DNA of 58,426 nucleotides, counting the filler, from Sphacelaria rigidula (lineage: Eukaryota), in the NCBI GenBank assembly GCA_964200075.2. It is 6 parts of 6 records of this genome, joined end to end, with 100 filler letters (N's around TTAATTAATTAA, not from the genome) between each part and the next. Parts side by side here need not be neighbours in the genome. Positions count along the whole stretch, not along the records: positions 19,511 to 29,164 come from CAXNAA020008023.1; positions 29,265 to 38,918 come from CAXNAA020008024.1; 4 more parts are not named here. One strand, given 5' to 3'. Numbering within the stretch: the first letter of the stretch is position 1; every line of letters starts with the position of its first letter. Below are positions 21,569 to 34,290 of this stretch, piece after piece. The translations under genes were made by a program, and so were the position numbers. The notes below the pieces were generated by a model. It was not told the DNA's origin. It saw only the letters and a program-made list of their open reading frames with translations, and searched no databases.

Positions 21569-23802
21569 ATGAAAGTCCGACTCACAAAATTGAGTGGATA
21601 CGGGACGGTATAGAAACCGGGCTGGGCGAAATTCGGAACAGTATTTTGCAGGCCATTTACTGGCCAAGATTTGGTGCTTGTCTTCTGAATCTTTGTGTGG
21701 GGCCTCGCTAGGACATTACTTACCAAAAAAAGTGGGAAAGGTTGATATGTAAATATATATATTTTCACTTGTTTAGGACGTTTTATTATAATAAAGACCA
21801 TGTTTCCACGAGAACGCCCGTACCTCACCAAAACAAATGAAGAGTCAATTTTTGTTCCTCCTTCGGCATGCCCTTGCGATTCTCCATTCTAAGTTTCAAA
21901 TCTCAATTCTTCAAATTAAGCTGAAAAACTACGATGAGGTCTGAGGGGATTTTTCATTTTCCCTTGAAACTCCCATAAAAAACAAAAAAAGCGGTTTTCT
22001 TTCAATTATGCACTAACGATCTTCCTTATGAAATTTTAAAGCACAACTCTCGAAGACTGAGGCGCAATATCCAGATCTAGTGCATAAAGGGCCTTTGCTC
22101 GAAATACATTGATTTCAGTCTAAAACTTCATGTGCGCCATATCTCGAGACAGATAACGAATTAGGCAAAGGTGAGAATATCGATCGTTTCCCCGTACTCA
22201 AGGGAATGTCCAAACCAAAAATCGTCATCATTCGCTGTATACATCGTTCGGGGTTTCATGTAGAATTCAGTATGGACGCTATCTCCGTACGGTATAGGAA
22301 TTACTTTACATGGGACTTGAATCAACGAGAAAAACATTGGACAAGACTTTTGAGCACATGAGGCACCTTCCCTATGATCAGACGATGAATACGATGTGCA
22401 GATCATGGCCCAACTCGTCTGTGTCGATGAGATACTTCCTCTGTCCAATAAGTAAATTACGTTATGGGCGGCAGATCGTATCTCGCTGATGCATGTGCCC
22501 ATTATGCTATACTTGGGTTCGCTGGAAAGCTCTGGTCATGGCGATGACCACAGAAAAAAATATATATCAAATTCCGACTCGTACATACTGAGAACTTTTG
22601 GGTCGAAAATGACCAAATTTAGACCGAATTCGAGTAGTTTGAACCACTTTCGGCGTAGATTCGACGAAATTGGCCTGATATGTAGGAAACCAAGGCTGCT
22701 ACGTGCCCGAGGGGTTTTGGACGACACGTAAGTATCACACACAAGCGATGAATCGGAGAAAAATAGTCAGTCTCCGTTTTGTTGGCGATTTTGGCCATTT
22801 TTCCGCGATTCCGTCGTTCTTCTCAGCCTTCCGGAAAAGGGGCGGAATAGGGCCTTTTTTCGGCCGACTGGTGTTTTGTGGGCCGTTCGTCCATGCCAAG
22901 TAGTGCGCAAAAAAAAAGTGGGGTTCAACTAAAAAAACGCCAAAAATTAAAAAAAAAAAGTATCACCTACGGCAAAGGACACGGTTAAGAGTCTGTGTAA
23001 TCATAACGTGGTTTACTTACGGGACAGAGGAAGTATTGCTTCGAGAGCTCAAATCCGCGTCTAGGCCGGTCCAGCTCATGACACTTCGGTAACCATTTAC
23101 GTCTAACTGACGTCCGTCTAGGCCCATACAGGGGATCGTTTTCCAGTAGCGATGATGCCATCGACGGGACTATCAGCTTCCAAAGAGTCGAAGCAAAATA
23201 AATGGGAGTGTTCCACACGCGTCAACGCAGTGTCTCTCTCACCCGCACAGCAAAAATCGACATGACACAGCCAATAATAGCAATACACTGTGATCATCAT
23301 CTACTAACAATGTTTTCGTGATGTAGAGTGTAGAGCGCTGATTGAGAGTGGCTTCGGTCATTCGCTCTCACTCAGCCAAAATCTTCACTCCGTGTGTGCT
23401 TCCTTTGCTTCTATCACTGGTGTGTGCTTACAGCTACACGTCGATATCCTACTCAGGGATTATCGAGGGCCTTAGTGGCAAGCTACTACAGAAAGCGTAT
23501 AGGGCCTCGTGAAGGGGCATTTCGGAACTAAAACGATTCAATGACTATTTGTCCGCTTTTCACTCTCAATCGTATCTTCTACTTTCAATCTCACGAAACC
23601 ATTGTTTACTGTAGATACCACCCCCGTCCGTGAACAACATCACAACAAAAATAGTGAGGCCTCCTCCCAGTCTGTGCGTGCACAAGATACTCTCTCTTGA
23701 TGGATTTCACCAACAACGACAGACAGCGCACAAGTTTTTTCAACTAATAATACAACACTCTACTGTAGTACTACCTAGTCATCAACTGAGGTCACCACAT
23801 AC

Positions 23803-23918
23803 CGGAGAATGACGCTCAGTAGGCGAGTGTGCACCTCCGTCAGCATAACCGAGGGGCCGGCGCTGTAGTGCAACGAATCCGCGAAGTCGTCGAGCCCAAT
23901 CGGCGACAGCGTCAGCGC
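23803..23918 (-). CDS. DDT domain, C-terminal half exon
   Basis: CTGCAG acceptor and CG|GTATGT donor. Encodes ALTLSPIGLDDFADSLHYSAGPSVMLTEVHTRLLSVILR, matching the DDT pattern L-x-LSPF-x-LDDF...L-x-EIH-x-x-LL. Confidence 0.88.
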
Positions 23919-25066
23919 CTGCAGCAACGTTTCGTGCATTTTTCGTCGGAATAAATAATGATCACGGTTCAAAAATCAAGGCTCAACATTGAGTGCGCGA
24001 GTTGTGTGAACCTGGTTTCACGTTTCGATCAAGCTCGACATCAAGCGGCCAACAACCTGCAAGATCCGTTGTGCCGTTTTCCTTGTTGCTGGTCTCACGT
24101 GCACGTATACGCACCGCACCTCCAGCATCATCGCTTTTTCAGAACAATAATTCAAACTCGATGAAGAAAAAAAGAAAAACTCAGTCAGTAGCAACACGGT
24201 GGTGTTTCTACCGTAGGTGGGACACACAAACCTGCCGGAGAAGGTGAAGAGGGAATAGGGCTTGCGAGGGAGGAGGGGCGTCTTGGATTATAAACTGAGC
24301 AACGTATTGAACTGGTGACAATAAGACGGCGGGATAAAAGCGTATACAGTGTGTCGCGTGTGTGGCTTGTCTACACGCACGCATCCACACACGCCTACAC
24401 ACAAGCTTCGCGTGACAGGAGAAAAAAAAACGGTGTTGAAAAACTATTCCGAAACATTGTTTTCACTGTACATGCGCAGCCGCGTCCCGATGGTCATAAT
24501 TTATTAGTGGTGCACGGAAAATAGTTTTCGGGGGGACTTGACGGCTTTCAATCCCGAAAGAACAGTCTTCTGTATCCTGCTATCAGATACAGTGAACCCG
24601 GACTTATCGTATCCATATTGGGGCACATACGGCCCTAGCATGCAACAATACCCATGCTCTATAGCTATGTTCCATTCAGTAGTACGTTTTGTGCCATGAG
24701 GGGAAAAAAACATGAGCATTGTGAGGTTTTGGCGGGGGTCCACGAAGAAAAAGTGCTGCAACCGCAGAAAATCAACGAGTTTCTCAAGCACTTCCTCGTG
24801 CATACACCGCTCGATAACGAGGAACTAGGCAAGTGCTAACGGCGGGAAAATGGGTTGCGATCCCCCTGATACCACCAACTCGTCTTGCGGAACTTTTTTT
24901 TTCATTTGTTAGTATATAGGACATTCCACAAGAACAAACAAAACGAAAAAACACGAAAAAAAACAAGAAACAAAAGAACGAAAAAAAATATATATATACA
25001 TGCATGTGTATATATGTATATATATATATATATATCTTCAACCCGGTAGCGCTCGTGAATCCACAC

Positions 25067-25264
25067 CTGAGCAGTGACGTACAGGAAATCCCAGGCACGG
25101 AGCATGGGGCCGGCCACATCCGGGGCTATGCTAAGCTTCTTGCAAAGTAGGGGACGCGATACAACCGTCCCCTCCTCGCCGACGGCGGGGGGCAAGGTGT
25201 GCAACTTGTCATCATCCACCGGTAGCGTGGGCTGCGTCTTCTTCTCGGTGATTGCCTTGTGACG
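25067..25264 (-). CDS. DDT domain, N-terminal half exon
   Basis: CACAG acceptor and CAG|GTGTGG donor, phase 0/0. Encodes RHKAITEKKTQPTLPVDDDKL...VAGPMLRAWDFLYVTAQ (the DDT L-x-x-WDFL motif). Confidence 0.85.
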
Positions 25265-25872
25265 CTGTGACGATTACAGGAGAGGGGGAAAGGAAGGAAA
25301 TATATATATTATTTCCAAAAAATGAGACTAAAACATAGATCGGACCGCCCGGATATACCGGGGGAGGGAGGAGATGGAGGAAGGAGTGGATCATGACACA
25401 CTACGCTTGCGCTTTTTTTCATGGATCACTTCTAACGCTTTTCAATTTATTCAGGCCATTCACCTTCAGTCCAGGGTCCTTTTTTTGGCATCTTCTATCG
25501 GAAATCCCGCACGTAACCCTTGCCACGACCGCCACAAAAACATGTATTCGAATCGTCGGGCTACTCGCTACCGCTTCTTACCGCACTGTATACAGAAGAG
25601 AGACGCCAAACAAAAAGAGCGATGGAGAAAGCACTACAGTACGTACACGTGCGCGATCACTAGGAGGACAACAAAAATCAACTTCAGCACCCAGAACTTA
25701 CTTGGCACTGGCTGGTGAACTACCAGCTTGCGTACTGGCGCGGGCGGTGTATTGATACGGTCCGAGATTGTAACCCAGTATTCTCCGCACCGTGTATCAC
25801 TTAGATGCGGTGAATACACGCCAGACCGCTCGAGTAGATGCTGCGGGCGCACGTGTAGCTCAACCAACAACC

Positions 25873-25875
<3 letters not shown>

Positions 25876-25945
<70 letters not shown>
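25876..25945. repeat. (CA)n microsatellite
   Basis: About 35 perfect CA units just inside an intron. Confidence 0.95.
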
Positions 25946-25948
<3 letters not shown>

Positions 25949-25953
25949 TTTAC

Positions 25954-26211
25954 CTGAACAACCCTGGCGTGCTCCTTCGCGAGGCGCTTCCGTTGCTCCA
26001 ACAACCCATCGCGCTTCCGTTTAGCCGAGTCCGCCTGACGAACACGCTCCGCCAGCAAATTCTCCACGAAAACCTTCGCCCTGTCGGGGTCCGCCAGCAA
26101 TGTTCGGATAGCGTCGGGGCTCATCCCCCCACCACCGCTACCCCCGCCGCCGGTGTTCGAAGCTTTACCACCGGTTGATTGAGCCCACGGCCCTCCGATG
26201 TTGGTTCCTTT
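25954..26211 (-). CDS. DDT/WHIM1-domain protein, coiled-coil-like exon
   Basis: TTCAG acceptor and CAG|GTAAAT donor, 258 bp, phase 0/0. Encodes KGTNIGGPWAQ...MSPDAIRTLLADPDRAKVFVENLLAERVRQADSAKRKRDGLLEQRKRLAKEHARVVQ. Confidence 0.8.
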
Positions 26212-27122
26212 CTGAATAATGACGATAGAACATGAGGTGATAGGAAAGGGTGCGCGCGCGGGGGGAGGGAGTCAAAACAGGAAAAAGCAATCAGCGACGA
26301 AGAGAAACGCATGCGAAAATATCCCCCCGCTCCCCACCCCCTCTGCCCGGAAAGGGAATATCAAGGAACAGGCTAGTCGCAGGTGCCCGGGACCCGATAG
26401 CGGAACTCGGCAGTGTGGACGATACCGTAGGATGAACCAGTCCGAACGTTTCCCCATGTGGACCGATCAGGGTAAATGGTGACGACGAATGACGCAATCG
26501 CATGAAATAAAACGTACACACACAGGTTCTTAGAAAATGAAGTGAAACATAAAAACAATGTTCAAATGGTCAGGTGTGGTTCGTAGAGACCGCACGGAGG
26601 AGTTTCGGCCGACATCACTTTTTCCTTTAGTTTTCACGCAAGAGAGCTTGGACACCAGGGGAGGCTCCTAAAAAAATTGAAGTAGAAAGAGCCTAATTTT
26701 GAAGCAGTTGACTTGTCTCAGCGGACGAAAGCTGCACAGACTGCCTGGTGCACATGAAGGCATGGAGTAGCTTTCATCTACAGGGGAACAGAGGTAGAGA
26801 AGGCTATGTATACTGGGACAAAAGACAGCATCCTGGCGGCTGCACCGTGCTGTACTGTACGCTAGTTGTGCTGTGCCTAACCTTATTCAAGAAGCATCTG
26901 TCAAGAGTGACTTGACACGCCTAATACTTTGAACAACGGCGAGGGAGGAGGCGCATATGCGCATATTTCTGCAGCACAACACCATGACAACGCGGCTGGT
27001 TGTATAGTAACTCTTATCGCTTCCCCCCCCCTCTCCTCGAGCTCTCGGTCGAGAAAAACTTCAGCAGGAAATAATGCTAACCGTCTGGCCCACCAAAAAA
27101 AGCAACCTACCGCAATACTCAC

Positions 27123-27834
27123 CGGATGACTACTGGAGCCCCCGCCGCCACCACCACCGCCCCCTCCCCCCGTAGTCGTTCCCCCCGCCGCCGCAGTCGC
27201 CACGCCACCCCCCGGGGCTTCCGAAGCCACAACCCTTCGCACCTTTTTATCGGTCGCAGAGTCGCCACTGTTGCCGCTGCCGCTGCCACCACTACCGTCA
27301 CCACTGCCCTCGCTAACGGCGGCTGACGCCGCCGTTACCTGCGCTGCCGCGGCGTCCGCGGCAGCAACCACGGCCTGGACAGCCGCTATGGATCTCGGGG
27401 ACTGCGGGGTCTCCGCTGCCGCCGCTTGGGCGGGGGTTGAGGCCCGCGCGCCGCCGTCGTCACCGCCGCCGGGCACTGAACCGGCTGGGGTGGAGGAGGC
27501 CTGCTGCCAGCCGCCGACGGAAGGCCCGGCGATGGCTACCCTGAGCATAGAGGACTTCGCTTCCCTTTCGGCGTCCGTCATACCGCTGCCGCTGCCCTTG
27601 CCGCCGCTGCTGTTTTTTTTACTGCCGCTGCCGCTGCCGTTGATGTCTTTGCTCTTGCCGCCGCCTTTAGCAATGGTCGCGGCGCTAGCGTTTTTGCTTT
27701 TGCTGGTGCTGCTACCGCTCTTTTCTGCCTTATCGCTCTTTTTCCCCTTTGCGCCGCTATCGGTAGCGGACTTCGCGGTCGTTAAGTCGATTGTGTTCTT
27801 TTCCGCGCGTTCCTCGGCGGCTGTCTTCTTGGCT
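27123..27834 (-). CDS. DDT/WHIM1-domain protein, large Gly/Ser/Ala/Lys-rich exon (most upstream exon visible)
   Basis: Long open frame AKKTAAEERAEKNTIDLTT...GGGGSSSHP with CCG|GTGAGT donor (phase 0). Likely acceptor is TACACCAG at 27835-27837; the 5' boundary is less certain. Confidence 0.75.
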
Positions 27835-27860
27835 CTGGTGTAATAGCGGCCGGCAGCGGC

Positions 27861-28198
27861 GGCGGCGTGGGGGGGGGGGGGGGGGGTCGTACTCATTTGT
27901 TGCTTGCCGTAGTCGTTCGACCATTGACCAAGCATCCGTTTCGAAACGGAGCACCGTTCCTCTCCTAATAGAAACACCTCCAACATTTAGGTGCTCATGA
28001 CATTTCTTCTATACATGACACAAAAACCGTTCACGTATCTTAAACTCGCCCTGTTCCGCCGTCCGTGGCCACTGTCTATCTCCTATAATAGTACAGCCAT
28101 CGTTTTCACCCTACTATCCAATGCATCAAACGATTTCGTGCCACCTTCGTTCACGTCCCGCATTTCCTCCTCTAGGCGGCGGGGGGGGGGGGGGGGGG
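27861..28198 (-). mobile_element. About 290-bp 5'-truncated LINE 3' end with poly(C) tail and target-site duplication
   Basis: 27887-28174 is colinear with 56594-56878. GGCGGCG(T/G) plus a G run flanks both sides (27861-27886 and 28175-28198). Confidence 0.88.
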
Positions 28199-28199
28199 C

Positions 28200-28480
28200 T
28201 GGAAGGGGGGAACCCATGATTCTGCATGGCGTGGCCATGACACCATTCACCTCGCATCCCTACAAAGCTGAGACGGAGCACGCCCGGTTTTCGCCGGACA
28301 GGGATCGGAATCACCAAGCGCGAAGCACCGTAATGTGTTTGGCGAGTCGCATGGAGGGGCAGCTCATCCTGCTGAGATTGTTCGGTCCGAAGCGCACAGA
28401 ATATCTGGCCTATGGAGTACAGACTACGATGAATTGCTTCATTTTCTGGTATCGCTACTTCAAGAGACAGCCACGGGTTA
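28200..28480 (-). repeat. Old interspersed repeat homologous to 12995-13580
   Basis: Shares TGGCTGTCTCT...GCGATACCAGAAAATGAAGCAA...CTTCGG.CCGA.CA.TCT...CATGCGACTCG and the CGAAAACC.GGCGTGCTC motif. Confidence 0.7.
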
Positions 28481-28790
28481 CACAGGGGGAAAAGTGGAGA
28501 TGACACGGGGGTTCTAATGAGGCTACGATAGAAAAGAGATACAGTACTGGATTGCATGTTATAGAGGAGGCGTCAAACATGAAAATTAAGGAAAGCAGCC
28601 CCATCGGGTTGTGGTGAACACGCGTTCGACGCATCGACCAGCCATACTTGCTATTAGTGTGCGATCAATAAAAAGCTTGACGCGTGTGGTACGCATGTGT
28701 GATGGTAGGTCACCAGAGTTTGGTACTCATGTACTGAAAGGGGCAGGCTAGGAAAAGATTTTCTCTCTCCTTCCGTCGCGGTACCTTCGA

Positions 28791-28791
28791 C

Positions 28792-28830
<39 letters not shown>

Positions 28831-28930
28831 CTTCACATTAAAAACCGTTCCGATATCTGCGCGGTACATTCGTACTGGGCATCTGATGCGGACGCCTTTC
28901 GTAATCACAGGCTAGCAAAAAAACAAAATA
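28791..28930 (-). mobile_element. Retroposon 3' end with (AAC)n tail, copy 2
   Basis: Matches 17995-18120, with a perfect (TTG)n tract at about 28792-28829. Confidence 0.75.
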
Positions 28931-29164
28931 ACGGATTAGACCCCGATTAAGGCTCACAAAACGCGATACAAGCAAAACAGGAATAAATAATAAAGAAGAA
29001 AGGGAGTACATATGGCTAACCTCAGAAGATCCGGTGTCGCAGGTAGCCATTCGGACTTCAGGGGGTGTCACTCGACTTTCCAACTCGACGCGACTTGTCA
29101 GTGTTATTCCTTTTCAATATTATGGAGGCGGTATTTTCGGAGATTATGCGCCCCAACACAGTAC

Positions 29165-29264
29165 NNNNNNNNNNNNNNNNNNNNNNNNNNNNNNNNNNNN
29201 NNNNNNNNTTAATTAATTAANNNNNNNNNNNNNNNNNNNNNNNNNNNNNNNNNNNNNNNNNNNN
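29165..29264. other. Artificial contig spacer
   Basis: N-TTAATTAATTAA-N, 100 bp. Confidence 0.97.
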
Positions 29265-30468
29265 TGGGCAATCAGCCCCAAGAAATCGTGGATTTGGTGA
29301 TTAGTAGTCGTGATGATTCGTCCTAACCGTGGAAGCTTTGCTCAAAGCATGTGTGGGAGTTGAACCCACTAAGCCCCCCTGTCAACTTGGCGCAGTGCAC
29401 GCACGACCCCACTCTTATGAGCTTCGACCCTGGTTGGACAGATCTACCTCGTCCAAGGAGCGTAAGTCGGCCAGTACCTCGTCGAAGTCACATTCCCAGA
29501 AAGTGCATTTCAATCTGATTGGTGTGTGTGTGTCGGGGGGGGAAGGGGGGGGAGGGGGCGGGGTATCGCCACGATCAATCACAGAATGGGTTGATTTCGG
29601 AATGCTACTTTTTTCGTCCCGACCGATAAGAAAAAGCCTGTGCATACTGGTACTCGGCTAGACAAACATTCACACGTGTTGTACAGCAAAAAAAATGATC
29701 GGGGGAAAGACGACAAAAATTGGCTTTCCGCTTCCCCGCGGGTCGAAATTGTTTATCACCCACTTCTGCATTCCGCTTTTGTTTTTTCTGGAAAACACCC
29801 CCTATTGCGTGTTCTAGTGTAGTATGCCCACGGCAAACTGCGCCCAGTCCTCTCCTGCGGTCGCTGGCGCCCCGCTCTCGTGCACCTTCTGTGCCCCCAC
29901 ATTCTGTTGAGGTGACTATCACTCAGGTGTTTTTCAATTGCTTTTTTTTCTTCCCCCCCTGGGGCTTCGGAATTTGACGGCTTCGCGTCCACACTTACAG
30001 CGGCCGATCGCCGATATTGCCGGTTGAAATAGATTTGCTCCCTTTTTTCCGGGCAGCGCCGAACCGTACCTCAGTCGCCCAGCGCAATGCTTTCTCTGGA
30101 ATAATTCGGATTTTTGCGTCGTTAGGTAGTAGCGCAGTTCGAATATGCTCGCTTCACTTCCTGCGTTTGCTGCTTCAGTACCGCGCTCTCCTCTGAGCAC
30201 CGTACGTCAGTAGCCGTACCCTTGTAGGTTTGATCTTCTAGCTTTATCGCCACCTTTTTCCCGCGCACACACTTCCTCACCATGTACAGCTATCGATTGT
30301 CCACCGATTGGACTGGCGTCTTGATTTCCCGCCGCCCTACGACATTCGTGTAGGGATGCGAGGTCGATGGTCATATGAATACGGCATGCAAGATCATGAG
30401 TACATTCTACGACATTCATGATGACTACGGTATTTCGACCGGCCGGCTTCAATTCTGCTGAGCGCACA

Positions 30469-33400
30469 TACTGGGTGGTGCACCACTAGGCGTCTTGCAT
30501 GAGTTTTAGGGAGAAAAACTGCTTCATTGCAGTATGCCGCACAACAGCAGCACTGCCTCCTCTCCTGGGTCCCAGCACATAGGATTGCGCGTCGCTCGAT
30601 CCCCTGTTCAAGACGGAGCCCCGCCTTCGAACCCTCAACATCAATCGTTGAGCGCTGCTCAACAATCGGCTCATCTTCGAGAAGAACTTTTCAGCCCCGC
30701 TCAATCGGAAGCAGACCTCCGAGATGACTCCGTGATCGCTGCTCAGTCACCGGCAGACCTCGACGTGAACTCGCAAGCACTGCTCGACCTGTCCCATGCG
30801 TCCTTGAGTTTCACTCGACCACGATCCGACCACGCGCCCACGAGTTTCACTCGGTCGCGATCTGGGACCTAACGAGAATCCAGGAGCGCTGCTTGATCAC
30901 ACTCCAGTATACGAGGTCAGTCCTCGAGTGCTGCTCGACCGCTGTCCAACTCTTCGTCGATCCCCGAGCGCTGGTCGGCCTTCAAGCCAAGCAGAGGAGA
31001 GGCCCGCACGCCTCGCGCAGGATCTTTCCAGTCCCATCACCCACGGTGATTTGTTGCAAATTCTCGCCCTCGTACATGACGCAGCTGCACCTCGCGTCGC
31101 TGCCCGCGGCGTACTGCCCCTACGCACGGACGACAATCGGACGAAGCTATTGATTCTTGCTTCGCAACCTGTGACAGTTGAGTGCACGCCCTCGCGGGCC
31201 GCCACGTAACTGCCCTCCATGTTGGCCACGCCAACCACCTTGCTGTTGATGAGCACAGCAGATTTGCAAAGCCTTCGACACATGCACGCCGCTCACGATA
31301 CAGTACACTCTGCTGCGTCTGGCCAAGAAACCAGCCTTGCCCATGATGCTCCCGCTGCGCAGCAGCACCATCATATGCGGCCTGATCCTACAATAGCACC
31401 TCAGGGTATTCATGCATGCCTAGTTTGCAAAATTGTCGTTGATCACCAACTCACCCCCACATGGATCGTCAGGAACGTCATCTCATGATTGTGCTGCCCT
31501 AAGCGCCGAAACCCAACCTCGCCCCTCGCAAACCCCGGTCTGATCGATCCACTCGATTCCTTACCGACGCCGCAACAATTGCTGCCGCTGAATGGAACAT
31601 GACAAACCTTCAATAATTTTCAGAAACAGAACGAAGAATGGCATCCATGAGACCCATGAACGCTAACAACGACACAGCTCCGGCCACCGCTGCCCCTATA
31701 CCGAACCCAGCCGCTAACCCTCGACCTGCGCAACAGCCTAAAACATCGCCCGCCGCTGTTCCCACTAGTGGCGTGGCTACTAACGGCACACCCAGCTGCA
31801 GTCACTGATGCGGTTGCCGGCATTAAAGGGTCGGACCGTCGCACGCAAGAGACTTGGTCGGGAGGGATAATCCTACTGGTGCTTTCCTGACGAGTCCGTG
31901 CGCTGCGCTCGTGGAGAACAAGAAGCCATCATCAAGAGCGCACAACACGCGCAATTCTTCGAACGGTTTGAAGATAACCGGCGTGCTACCGATGACAACG
32001 CAGCGCTGAGTTGTCTCGCCACCTTGGGGTTACTATCACCTTCTTTTACGTTGTAAGAACATTTCTACTGATGGATTGTCATGGAAGGCCTCCACCCGCT
32101 TCTGGATCTGGCGCTGCTTGAAGTGACAAGCCCGTACCAACCTCACGACAAGCAGTACACTGGCTTGTCATCTCCACGGAAGTCCCGAACGACCCAGGGA
32201 TCCTTTTGTCTTTCGATTTTTTTGGCCTCGTATCGGTTACCGGTCGTGGCAACACCCATACCTTGCCCTTCACTGATCGTTCCAGCGCCATGCGTTCATG
32301 TACGCGGTGACCGCTGGCGATTTCACAGCTGCTGGTACCGCCGACGTTTTAGTTCACGATCACACCAAGCATCATGGCGGGCCGAACTAGCTCTTCTCTG
32401 AAAATGGCAAGCGGTTCGGCCCGACCTCTCTCACGTATTGTTCAATATTCTGGTCATTCCCGGGATAGCGACTAGGGCCTATCACCCGATGGCAACGGAG
32501 GTGCCGAGAGATTGCACCACACGGTGGCTCAAATGCTATCGATGTTCGTCAATGTTCGCCAAAATAGTTGGGACCTCAGTCTTTCACACACCATGCTGCT
32601 TTACAACAGCTCTGTCGGCCGTGCCACCGGTCTCTTGCCGAACGAACTCCACATTGGACGTGTTCCACGACTACGAGTCATCGTGTTCGAACGATGCACT
32701 TTCGACGGCCATCAACCCCTTGAGCAGGGTGAGATGTATCACTATGAACTGGCGCCATCTAGATAGCGTAAGGCCTTCAATGTTTCGCACCTCGAGATAT
32801 CCAACAGTGCTATCTATAACCTCATGCATAAACGACCGATGCGCGAGGTTGGCGATTGGGTATGGATTTACAACAGCTTGCCGACCATTCGACTGGGAAC
32901 GAGTCGAGTTGTCAACAAGACAGTTCTCGAGGCCAGGCCGACACTCCATTGGACTGAGCCAACTAAGATCCTTAAAGTTGAACCTTCACCCTCAGCATCT
33001 GACAAACAACCCGTTGGAGATAAGACATCTCTCTCTACCTTGACTTGCCGTGCGACTTTCAGGGGAAAGACCTTAAACCTCGCATCTCGGTGACCAGATG
33101 CAAACCTTGCGCCAGCCCGCATGACACCAATGACATGCCTAAATACTTCCCTGCTGGTCTTACCCGATACGTTCTCAATAGCTACTTGAAAAAATCGCCG
33201 CGTTACCACGTCACCACCGATGACGGGACCCAATATGTTCTTCACCTGAACGTGTCCAAAATCACTGAGCATCAGATTGCCCGTAGCCGCGGCGGCAAGG
33301 TTGCCGTCATGTACAAGATCCACTGGAAAGATCTTCGGGGAGCGTCCTAGGAACGCGTGTCCGATCTCGAGCCGCACCGCCGTGTAATTCTCTTGTACTG

Positions 33401-34290
33401 GACACCACCTCAAGAGCAACATCTCGCACGAAACAAAAGTGCCACAACATGCGCCGCGGTGCAGCAGCTCGGCGAGCTACCGCATGACATAGGCCTGCGC
33501 TTTGTCGCCGACGGCTACCAGCTTGTACGCTTCGAATACCGGGAAAGCGCATCCACGACGAAGAGAAAATCCCGTCCGAAGACGCCTTCTCATGGTTCAA
33601 GAGCAGCGACAGCCTTTAACGGCTTGGACAGGCCTACCTAGCCGACCTTATTGACGCCGACACCAATGCTGTGCGATTTATCGATCACCCTGGACCAGTA
33701 ACACTCAAGCTTCAGCCAGCATTCTATTCCACCAGCCTATCCGTACCACGCGGATCCTGGTGCCTTCAGCGGCCGAAACCCCCTGAGCGCCACCGCGGCG
33801 TTCAGCGCAACGTCGACGACATTCGTGATGCCAACGCGTCCCTTTGAGCTTCAAGTTTGCGTGTTTTTTCTCGTCCCGCTCGCTTCTACTCTTCCCCATT
33901 TTTCGTTTTTTTTGCAGGTAACACCGTACCTTGCAGGAACATATCTGCCTTACACTTTTTCTGGACGTCCCGGACTGCGCCGAATTTCGAGCGGAGCCTA
34001 CTTGGAGACAGTCTTGATGTACGGCTACGGATACGGCCGACACGACTTGGGCTTTTTGATCTTGCATAGCTGCCGGCGCTATCTCCGTTTTCGAAGCTTC
34101 GGCGTACTTTGTTTCCCTGTAGTCTTCAAGTCTCCCTGTAGTCTTTACAGTCGGTTGCGGCTACCACTGTTTTAATTTTTCCCCACGAGAAGGGGTTCAT
34201 TTTATGGTTTATACTGGAGTTTGGGTAGCTCCTAGTTGCTCCGTTATGCCTCGTTTTCCTGCGTTGGCCAATATGCGACCCACGCATTAC
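30469..34290 (+). mobile_element. Decayed, internally deleted Ty3/gypsy LTR retrotransposon with chromodomain-type integrase
   Basis: Broken gag-like ORFs from 30534, with a degenerate Zn-knuckle-like CLVCKIVVDH near 31415, then integrase and chromodomain remnants at 32060-33400. Many stops and frameshifts. No RT motif and no LTR pair recognised. Boundaries are approximate. Confidence 0.75.
32060..33400 (+). pseudogene. Gypsy integrase core, GPY/F-like region and chromodomain-like remnant
   Basis: Across frameshifts: IATRAYHP-GNGGAERLHHTVAQMLSMFVNVRQNSWD...YNSSVGRATGLLPNELHIGRVPRL (integrase core), EVGDWVWIYN...LHWTEPTKILKV, RISVTRCKP, VSKITEHQIARSRGGKVAVMYKIHW...ERVSDL. Confidence 0.85.

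Noticed and set aside
25634-26024. Poly-CV/HT ORFs, and the poly-I/L/Q/N/T ORFs at 38.8 kb and 51.1 kb
   Set aside because: Translations of microsatellites.
27271-27843. 190-aa plus-strand ORF, and similarly 20439-20738
   Set aside because: Antisense shadow of GC-rich, low-complexity DDT-gene exons.
26901-27986. 361-aa ORF as a single-exon gene
   Set aside because: Its first 30 or so codons are LINE sequence and its end runs past a strong GTGAGT donor; only the middle is an exon.
29350-29491. TG...CA segment as the LTR of the gypsy element
   Set aside because: No second copy after the integrase and no PBS directly downstream.
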